32,917 nt of DNA from Candidatus Moraniibacteriota bacterium (GTDB taxonomy: Bacteria > Patescibacteriota > Minisyncoccia > Moranbacterales > UBA1568), in assembly GCA_016699875.1 (NCBI GenBank), contig CP064989.1:151380-184296 (forward strand), in the 5' to 3' direction. The notes beneath the pieces were generated by a model. It saw only the letters and a list, made by a program, of their open reading frames with translations. It was not told where the DNA came from and did no database searches. Below are positions 17,168 to 24,316 of this stretch, one piece after another. The position numbers and the translations under genes are program-made. Position 1 is the stretch's first letter. Every line of letters begins with the position of its first letter.

Positions 17168-17830
17168 TTATTTCTTATTCAAACGCTTTGCCTTTTGCGG
17201 AATTACATAAACAGTTTTGATGAGGTTTTCAACAATATCCATTGCGATATCAAGCTCCTCATCACTTGCGGCGATTGTTTCGTGTGCCGAATTATTGCCT
17301 AGCAGTCTTGTGCTGTGTAAGGTTTCTGCGCTGTCTTGAGTTAGTACGCCCTTGGTAACCAAATCATCAATCTTGTTTTCCAAATTGGCACCTCGTGCTT
17401 CTTTTTCTCTGCACACAGATTCAACCAAAGCTCTTATCCCTATTCCAGCAAGAATACCTAGCCGACCACATAAAGCCCCATGAGTTTCTTTATAAATTTT
17501 CAAAACCCCATCTGGCAGCAAATACATGTCTTTAACTTGTTTTCTGCCAGCAATTCTGCTTGGATATAGTTTTATATCCTCATCATAATAAACTTCGCCA
17601 GTTTCTGGGTCATAGCTCATATCTTCAGAACAAGAAGAAGTTGTGCGGAAAGAAACCTCTTTGCAACCCTGACAAATAATTATTTCGTAATAACGCGAAA
17701 CGGAAATTTCGTCTTCTGATTCCAAGACATTCACGGAAAATAAAACTTTATGACAAGTCTCGCCGTCGCACTTTATGCAAGCGAGATCGTATTCTTCGTC
17801 TTTGGTTTTATCATACTCAATCTTGCGCAT
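17168..17830 (-). CDS. Zinc-ribbon plus DUF4145 domain protein (220 aa)
   Basis: N-terminal four-Cys ribbon (CIKCDGETCH ... CQGCKEVSF). The C-terminal helical domain matches the DUF4145 pattern as I remember it (IRALVESVCRE...KIDDLVTKGVL...LHSTRLLGNNSAHE...DIAMDIVENLIKTVY). ATG 17830 lies 2 nt after the hsdM-hsdS stop (17833). Confidence 0.8.
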   Translation of the reverse strand: MRKIEYDKTKDEEYDLACIKCDGETCHKVLFSVNVLESEDEISVSRYYEIIICQGCKEVSFRTTSSCSEDMSYDPETGEVYYDEDIKLYPSRIAGRKQVKDMYLLPDGVLKIYKETHGALCGRLGILAGIGIRALVESVCREKEARGANLENKIDDLVTKGVLTQDSAETLHSTRLLGNNSAHETIAASDEELDIAMDIVENLIKTVYVIPQKAKRLNKK

Positions 17831-17832
17831 AT

Positions 17833-20325
17833 CTATAAAATATCGTTAATCAACTGGGATATTTTTTTCTCAAAAATATCAATCGTTTTTGCTGAAGCCG
17901 ACACACACTCTTTTTCTTTTGAAATTTCATCAACAATTTCTTTTTGAACTTCAATCGGTGGAAGCGGCACAGTTATTGTCGCAAAATTTTTCTGGTATAT
18001 GGCGGCAACGCTCGTTGTTCCACTCACCAAAGTTTTTATTTTTTGTTTGCCTTCCTCTGTATTGAGATAGTAGTTAACATAATCAGGATCAGTTTCTTTT
18101 CTGAATCTAATCCTTAAAATATTGTTGTTGAACAAATATTTTCCGTCTTCGCCGTGATAAACAGTAGATTTACCGACCAAATTCGGGGCGTTTCTTGTGT
18201 TGTAAATAAAATCGCCGTCGCTTAGAATGTATTTTTCTAATTCTTCTTTACTAGCCTCCACATGAGCAACGGAATCCAACTCTAGATTTCCGTCTATTGT
18301 GATGTTATCCATTTTTATATATGGATATGGAAAAACATCCGCTTGCATTGATTTATCTTTAACTAACCCAAGCTTTGTGTCCAAAAATAAATTGCCTAAT
18401 TCGATAATTTGCCAAGACGGATCAACCTTGATTGTTGGTTTATAATTACTGATAATTTGTTTTGCGCTGTCAATAATATGTTGATATTTTTCAATCTGCT
18501 CAACAATTTCTTTTTGAACTTCAATCGGCGGGAGTGGAAAAATAAATAATTCTTTAAGTTTTGATGGCCTTACTTCTTTGATCGTAACCCCTGTTGCTAA
18601 AGATTGGATATACTCTTTTTTGTTTTCTAAAATACGGGCTAGAAATTCAGGTAAAATTTTATTTTTATCAACAACAATCCCAGACAATCCTTGCTTTGTT
18701 GCTGTAGGAACTTTTGCAATTCCAACATTGCCAATAGTTGCACCCAAAGAAATAATTATTGATCCGACAGGCCAAACTTTAGCAGAACTATTTTCCAGCC
18801 CAAGTTTGGTTAATTTTTCCGTAGTGTCAAAAATTTCTGATTTAATATCTTTCACAACACACCAACAAATATCCCCGCCAAAATATTCTGGTTTTCTTCT
18901 AGACGGAGTGCCTCCATCTTTCATGTCAATCACAGTATCACCAAGTTTTACAAGAGGCCATTTTACATTAGAATAACTAAGCACAGTTTTATATCTCTCT
19001 CCCGAAAGATTATAATCTCCCGCCGCAATTATTTTTTCTTTGGAAACAATATGAGCGATTTGCTTTTCGTCTTCGCTAAATTTTTTATCGTCTAAAGACG
19101 ATTTGTATTTCTTGATAACTTCCAATGCCAAAGGCAAATCGTTTTTATTATGTTCCCGCCTTTGCGCGCCTAAATCAAAACCGTCATTTTGAATTTTTAC
19201 AAACAAAAAGTTTTTTGTTTTCTTTGAAATCTCATTATCAAAAAGTAAGATACTGGTTTTTACTCCCGCATAGGGATTAAATACACCGGCAGGAAGCGAA
19301 ACGACAGAAAAAAGCCCATCCTCAATTAATTTTTTACGCAACTGCGTATAAGCATTATTTGATTGAAAAATTATTCCTTCGGGAACGATTATTCCAGCCC
19401 GTCCTTTTATTGTTAAATGCTCAACGATATAATCCACAAAAAGCACTTCCGCGCGATTCGCCTGAATAGAAAATCTTTTGTGGGGAACAATTCCGCCTTT
19501 TGGTGTCATAAATGGCGGATTTGCCATTATTACATCAAATGTTTCGTCCCATCTTTTTTCGCTTGAAAGTGTGTCATATTCATGGATTTTTGGTTCTGGG
19601 AATCCATGTAGATACATATTCACAAGTGCCAATTTCACCATATCGGGCGAAATATCATAGCCCGACAAATTATTCATCAATTTCAATTTTTCATCTGGCG
19701 TGAGTGGTTTTTCTTTGTTGGTTTTCAAAATGTGCTTGTAGGCAGAAATCAAAAATCCGGCCGTCCCGCAAGCGGGATCAAGGATTGTTTCATTTTTCTT
19801 CGGATCAACCACTTCAACGATAAAATCAATGATGTGACGAGGCGTGCGGAATTGCCCCGCATCGCCTTGGCTTCCGAGAATGGAAAGCAGGTATTCAAAA
19901 GCATTGCCTAAATTTTCGCTATGTTCGTAATTAAATTCGTTGATCTCTTTGAGGAACAGCGAAAGTGTACGCGAGTCGTTGTATGGCAAAAATGCACCTT
20001 TGAAAATATCACGGAACAATTGCGGAATATGCGGATTTTTCGACATATTCGTAATTGCCTGAACATACAGATCGAGGCGTTCTTGTCCCGAAAGCCTGTT
20101 ATCCAAGAGTTTCGTCCAAGCGTATTGCGAAAATCCGTTGGCGAAAAATTTTGCCTCTCCGCCAAGTTCTTCCGATTCCTTGTCCATATCGTCCATAAAC
20201 TTATAGACGAGAGCGGTTGTGATTTGCTCAACTTGCGCCTTGGGGTCTGGCACTTTGCCGACAAGGATTTGCCTCGCAGAGTCAAGTTTTCTTTTTGTAA
20301 CTTGATCAAGCATATCAATATTCAA
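17833..20325 (-). CDS. hsdM: Type I restriction-modification methyltransferase fused to the specificity subunit (HsdM-HsdS fusion, 830 aa)
   Basis: N6-adenine MTase motifs: GQFRTPRHII, motif I DPACGTAGFL, motif IV VIMANPPF. These are followed by two target-recognition domains, each ending in a conserved helix (FPLPPIEVQKEIVEQIEKY and VPLPPIEVQKEIVDEISKE). The start is either TTG 20325 (11-nt overlap with the upstream ORF) or ATG 20313 (1-nt spacer). Confidence 0.93.
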   Translation of the reverse strand: MNIDMLDQVTKRKLDSARQILVGKVPDPKAQVEQITTALVYKFMDDMDKESEELGGEAKFFANGFSQYAWTKLLDNRLSGQERLDLYVQAITNMSKNPHIPQLFRDIFKGAFLPYNDSRTLSLFLKEINEFNYEHSENLGNAFEYLLSILGSQGDAGQFRTPRHIIDFIVEVVDPKKNETILDPACGTAGFLISAYKHILKTNKEKPLTPDEKLKLMNNLSGYDISPDMVKLALVNMYLHGFPEPKIHEYDTLSSEKRWDETFDVIMANPPFMTPKGGIVPHKRFSIQANRAEVLFVDYIVEHLTIKGRAGIIVPEGIIFQSNNAYTQLRKKLIEDGLFSVVSLPAGVFNPYAGVKTSILLFDNEISKKTKNFLFVKIQNDGFDLGAQRREHNKNDLPLALEVIKKYKSSLDDKKFSEDEKQIAHIVSKEKIIAAGDYNLSGERYKTVLSYSNVKWPLVKLGDTVIDMKDGGTPSRRKPEYFGGDICWCVVKDIKSEIFDTTEKLTKLGLENSSAKVWPVGSIIISLGATIGNVGIAKVPTATKQGLSGIVVDKNKILPEFLARILENKKEYIQSLATGVTIKEVRPSKLKELFIFPLPPIEVQKEIVEQIEKYQHIIDSAKQIISNYKPTIKVDPSWQIIELGNLFLDTKLGLVKDKSMQADVFPYPYIKMDNITIDGNLELDSVAHVEASKEELEKYILSDGDFIYNTRNAPNLVGKSTVYHGEDGKYLFNNNILRIRFRKETDPDYVNYYLNTEEGKQKIKTLVSGTTSVAAIYQKNFATITVPLPPIEVQKEIVDEISKEKECVSASAKTIDIFEKKISQLINDIL
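17931..17961. repeat. Copy 1 of the intragenic direct repeat in the hsdS portion
   Basis: caacaatttctttttgaacttcaatcgg (17931-17958) is identical to 18501-18528. Identity resumes after one mismatch. Confidence 0.9.
18501..18531. repeat. Copy 2 of the intragenic direct repeat in the hsdS portion
   Basis: A 28-nt exact copy of 17931-17958, offset by 570 nt (190 codons, in frame). Confidence 0.9.
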
Positions 20326-20743
20326 AGATTATATCTTCGAAATTACAATCCATTTTCTCTGGAAAAATTATCAAAAATGCAAATTTGTAATTGAGATGAC
20401 CTTTATCATTTTTTAGATCTGTTTTTGCATTTTCAATTTCATCAGCTGAATCATTAAATTTTTTTGTTTGAATTATAATCAAATTATCGTTTTGATTACC
20501 TCTAGAATGAATAACTATATCTGGTTTTATTAAATCGTTCTGACTATTTCTCTTGCTTCTTTCTTCAAAACGATTGTATTCACAATCAATATTATAGCCA
20601 GAGAAATGTCCCGAATTTTCTAGATAGTGCGCCAATCTATGTGACAAAGATTGCTCATGAATATCTCGGTTGCAATCGCCGACCATATATCCATTTTCTG
20701 TAACAACTTTTTTTAAAGCTTCCAAAATTATTTCTTTATACAC
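20315..20743 (-). CDS. Uncharacterised 142-aa protein embedded between hsdR and hsdM-hsdS; possible degenerate PD-(D/E)xK fold
   Basis: GTG start at 20743, 4 nt after the hsdR stop (20748). Its stop at 20315 abuts or overlaps the hsdM start. Motif order: helix with E30 (DIHEQSLSHRLAHYLE), NIDCEYNR, IKPDIVIH (P74-D75), LIIIQTKK (Q92-x-K94). Confidence 0.65.
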   Translation of the reverse strand: MYKEIILEALKKVVTENGYMVGDCNRDIHEQSLSHRLAHYLENSGHFSGYNIDCEYNRFEERSKRNSQNDLIKPDIVIHSRGNQNDNLIIIQTKKFNDSADEIENAKTDLKNDKGHLNYKFAFLIIFPEKMDCNFEDIIFEY

Positions 20744-20747
20744 AAAT

Positions 20748-23264
20748 TTATCTCATATATTGATTAACTGATACATAGTCTTTTACATATTCAGGAACAG
20801 TTTCCCGCCAGCCGTTTAATTCCTTAAATTCCGACATTGTAAACCCAGCGTACACATTCAACTCCGCAAATTGCTTTTTGTTGATAATCTCGCGGAATTT
20901 TTCGTCCGCAACATACGCTTTCAGATAATTTTTGATATGCGGAACATATTTGCTTTCGGGCTTGTAGATTGAGATAAATTTTTCGCACTCCTCTTCCAAT
21001 TTTTCATCTTTGGACTTGAAAACATCAATCAAGCCGAAAGCTCTTTCCAAAAATTCCCGCCAAGAAATACGGCGATCAAGATTTTCACTCTTGCGGATTT
21101 TTTCAAGATTTAAGAATAATTGCGGTTTATCTTCGTATTTGTCGCGCATAATTTGCACGGCTTTGTCCCACTGCTCGTTTTCAACGGCTGATTTTACTTC
21201 CGTGTCTTTTTGCAATTCTTCACGGGCTTTTTCAAAAAGTTTGCGATCAACTTTCATCCCCTCGATTCCGACAGGGGTTTCGGTGAGCGTTTTTACTTTA
21301 TCGGGATTGAAAACTTCTATTTCATCAATATCAACGCCGACAGGTCCTTCCCCGCCAGTTCCTTTTTGTTTGATTGGCAGTTGCAAAATTTCGTCATAAT
21401 CAAACTTTTCTTCAAAGTATTCGCAGTTGGCGAAGAAGTCGAAAAATTTGAAATGGTCTTTTGACGCTTTGTGTTTTTCACCGTATTCGTCGGTATATTC
21501 AAAGGTGAATTTTCTCGTGCCTCGTCCTTTGATCTGAATAAAATCAGTCGGTGAAAAGATCGGGCGCATAAGCGCGAGATTCAAAATGTCTTGGCAATCA
21601 TAACCAGTCGTCATCATTCCGACAGTTACACAAACCCTCGTTTTACTTGATTTGTAATTTTCCAAAAACTTGGTGTGTCCGTTTAGATTGTTATTTGCGA
21701 AATTGATTGTGAATTGCTGACTATCCGCAATATTTGAGGTGATTTGCACTGCAAAATCAGAATTGTATTTGTCGGGCCAAAGCTGGCTCGCCATTCGATT
21801 GAGTGTTTGCGTTATTTTGGAAGCATGTTTTTGGCTAACGCAAAATATAATGCTTTTGCCGATTTCACTACTTATCGGGTCCTTGAAAGCGTTTTCAATA
21901 AATGTCTGGCAAAAGACGTGATTGGTTTTTTCGGAAAAGAATTTCTTTTCAAAATCCTTTTGGAAAAATGTTTCTTCGCTCTCTGTGCCATTTTCATCTT
22001 CAACCATAACCGCATAACCCTTTTCCGATAGCAATTCGGTGGTGATGTCGGTTCGCGCGTCTGAAACGATAGGATTGATCAAAAATCCTTCTCGCACACC
22101 GTCAAGCAAGCTGAAACGGAAAGTCGGCTCGCCGTTTTTACAGCCAAAAGTCGTGTAAGTGTCCAAGAGTTGCCGTCTTTCCCAAGCTCGCGGATCTTTT
22201 TGTGAAAGTTTTTGCGGATCAATATTTTTCAAATAATCTCTCGGTGTTGCGGTTAAGCCCAATTTATAACCGATGAAATATTCAAAAACTGCTCGCGAGT
22301 TTCCGCCGATCGCGCGGTGCGATTCATCAGCTATAATCAAATCAAAATCAGTCGGCGAAAAAAGTTTTTTGTATTTATCTTGCGCCGAAAGACTTTGGAC
22401 TGTTGAAATGACAATTTCCGCCTTTTTCCAATCGTCGCGGTTTTGTTTGTAAATAACTGATGAAAAATCATTGCTCAAATAGCGGACAAAATTTTTGTGT
22501 GCCTGATCTTCCAATTCCAAACGATCAACCAAAAACAGAATTCTTTTAGCGTTTCCTGTTCGTAAAAATAGTTTGATAACGGCGGCGGAAATAAGGGTTT
22601 TGCCTGTTCCTGTCGCCATTTCAAAAAGAAAGCGATCATTTCCAGCTTCGGCGGATTTTTGCAAAGCGTGAATTGCTTTCAGCTGATACGGGCGCAAAAT
22701 TCGCAAGTTTTCGTCCCAAAGATATTGTTCGCGGGTTTCTTCTTTCTGATAACGAGGATCATCTTTGAAATTTGGATTTTGCGTAAGGGCGATATAATCA
22801 TCATTGACTTCTTCGTCCGCTAAACGCTGATTGTCGGGCTTGAAGTCCTGTCTGTGTTTCAACGATTCTTGCGTTGGAAATTCCGTGATAATTTCAGGAT
22901 CGCCTCGTTCCAAATCCCAAAAATAATGAAGATTGCCATTTGAGAGAATAACAAAGCGAGCGTTTTCGGTGTGAGCGTATTTTCTCGCTTGTTCTTTTCC
23001 GTCTAACGGATTTTTACCTTCCTTTTTGGCTTCCAAAACAACAAGCGGAAAGCCTGTTTCATCAAACAAAAGGAAATCAACAAAGCCGTTTTTTGTGGAC
23101 TCAAAATCTTCTCCAAAAGCGTCAATGTCTTTCTGTGTAAGCCTTACATTTGATTCAAGTTGGATATTTGCCTGTCCTTTCCCGTCATCAAAAAATCTCC
23201 AGCCCGCCTGCTCAAGCAGTTTGTTTATTTTTATTCGCGCTTTCGCTTCTTTTGAATGATCCAT
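20748..23264 (-). CDS. hsdR: Type I restriction endonuclease subunit R (EcoEI-like, 838 aa)
   Basis: HsdR N-terminal nuclease domain (KARIKINKLLEQAGWRF; VDFLLFDETGFPLVVLEAKKEG gives D...EAK). SF2 helicase motifs (MATGTGKT, DLIIADESHRA, VGMMTTGYDCQDI, QIKGRGTR). The C-terminal helical region resembles the EcoEI R C-terminal domain. ATG 23264 is preceded by GGAGGT (complement of 23268-23273). Confidence 0.93.
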   Translation of the reverse strand: MDHSKEAKARIKINKLLEQAGWRFFDDGKGQANIQLESNVRLTQKDIDAFGEDFESTKNGFVDFLLFDETGFPLVVLEAKKEGKNPLDGKEQARKYAHTENARFVILSNGNLHYFWDLERGDPEIITEFPTQESLKHRQDFKPDNQRLADEEVNDDYIALTQNPNFKDDPRYQKEETREQYLWDENLRILRPYQLKAIHALQKSAEAGNDRFLFEMATGTGKTLISAAVIKLFLRTGNAKRILFLVDRLELEDQAHKNFVRYLSNDFSSVIYKQNRDDWKKAEIVISTVQSLSAQDKYKKLFSPTDFDLIIADESHRAIGGNSRAVFEYFIGYKLGLTATPRDYLKNIDPQKLSQKDPRAWERRQLLDTYTTFGCKNGEPTFRFSLLDGVREGFLINPIVSDARTDITTELLSEKGYAVMVEDENGTESEETFFQKDFEKKFFSEKTNHVFCQTFIENAFKDPISSEIGKSIIFCVSQKHASKITQTLNRMASQLWPDKYNSDFAVQITSNIADSQQFTINFANNNLNGHTKFLENYKSSKTRVCVTVGMMTTGYDCQDILNLALMRPIFSPTDFIQIKGRGTRKFTFEYTDEYGEKHKASKDHFKFFDFFANCEYFEEKFDYDEILQLPIKQKGTGGEGPVGVDIDEIEVFNPDKVKTLTETPVGIEGMKVDRKLFEKAREELQKDTEVKSAVENEQWDKAVQIMRDKYEDKPQLFLNLEKIRKSENLDRRISWREFLERAFGLIDVFKSKDEKLEEECEKFISIYKPESKYVPHIKNYLKAYVADEKFREIINKKQFAELNVYAGFTMSEFKELNGWRETVPEYVKDYVSVNQYMR

Positions 23265-23522
23265 AAGACCTCCTTCATTAAATCAAATATACAGATAAAT
23301 TTCCCAATTCTCTCTTAATCCACCGCAAGGCAACCCAAATTTTATCTTTTTGCCCTTCTCTCACATTCCCCCCATACTACCCCCAACCAATCTCTCTGTA
23401 AAATGTCGAAATTCCTCAAAATAAACAAAAATATCCAGCAAAATCCCCATGAATCCCTTAGAGAAAAACAAAGGTTCTTCGATTTTCGATAGGAAAGAGA
23501 TCAGATATTACATCACCGAACT

Positions 23523-24266
23523 TCAATGTGGCATAAATGGAAAGTGCTTATTAAAATCCGCCAACTCTCTGACATACGACTGCACCAATAATACAGAAAC
23601 CGGCCAATACATCAGGTTGCCCAAGTATTTTGACCATTGTGACTGTATGGGCAAATCCGGAACAATTCGTATATTTCCTTCCTGTATTTCATCTTCACTT
23701 ATATGACCCAACGCAGTCACAAGATAGTTTCTACTTTTCCAATTTGTTCCGATGGAATTATGTACCCCAAGCACCGGAAAACGTTGACCCGCCTTTAACT
23801 TGTGTATTGTTTTAAGTGCAGATGGAATAAACATCTCGTCTCGGATTTGTATCGAGGACATTTGATTATCTTCCAAAAAAACATCAACCTGATTTTTTTG
23901 CTCTGCCGTTGGTCTATCAGGATAAACATCTTTTCTCTCTATAAAAGAACCGCTTCCATCGCTAAAGCCTCTATAAAAACTATCCTTTAGAACCTCCACC
24001 TGCGTCCCTTCCTGCAGAATCGGAAACACCCACGGATTTTTGTAGAGCGTCATGCTTATGGCTATGCACACAGCGATAAAAACGATAGAAAACATCTTGC
24101 GGTATTTCTGACCCGATCGAAACGAGAATATTATGAGAAACGCCATAAACGGCGTCGCCATCCAAAATCCAGTCTCACCAACATTGAACGCTCCACCGAG
24201 CGAGAAGACTGCCGATATAATGACTGCTACCACCGTGACAACTTTGACAAGTCGGGATTTTTCCAT
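23523..24266 (-). CDS. Hypothetical membrane protein (247 aa)
   Basis: ATG at 24266. Three N-terminal TM segments (VVTVVAVIISAVFSLGGAF, FWMATPFMAFLIIFSF, FSIVFIAVCIAISMTLY), a soluble region of about 150 aa, and a hydrophobic C-terminal segment (LMYWPVSVLLVQSYV). No family recognised. Composition is intermediate between the island and the flanks. Confidence 0.6.
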   Translation of the reverse strand: MEKSRLVKVVTVVAVIISAVFSLGGAFNVGETGFWMATPFMAFLIIFSFRSGQKYRKMFSIVFIAVCIAISMTLYKNPWVFPILQEGTQVEVLKDSFYRGFSDGSGSFIERKDVYPDRPTAEQKNQVDVFLEDNQMSSIQIRDEMFIPSALKTIHKLKAGQRFPVLGVHNSIGTNWKSRNYLVTALGHISEDEIQEGNIRIVPDLPIQSQWSKYLGNLMYWPVSVLLVQSYVRELADFNKHFPFMPH

Positions 24267-24316
24267 AAATAAGAAGTGGATTTAACTCAAATGATAAGAC
24301 ATCCTGGAAACGCGAT

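Larger units (their letters stand above)
16881..24300. other. AT-rich inserted segment (defence island) between two paralogous permease genes; boundaries approximate
   Basis: Composition changes abruptly at 16880/16881 (ggcgggacggcggc | taatttagcttc). My hand counts of single 60-nt lines gave 23-45% G+C for most lines in 17.2-23.3 kb (a few hsdR lines reach about 50%), against about 53% in the flanking permease gene. No mobility gene is present. Confidence 0.6.

Noticed and set aside
24270-24295. Possible island-flanking direct repeat: gatttaactcaaatg near the right boundary against aatttagcttcaattt at the left boundary.
   Set aside because: It is only a gapped, partial match in AT-rich sequence and is easily explained by chance. 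It is not convincing as att sites.
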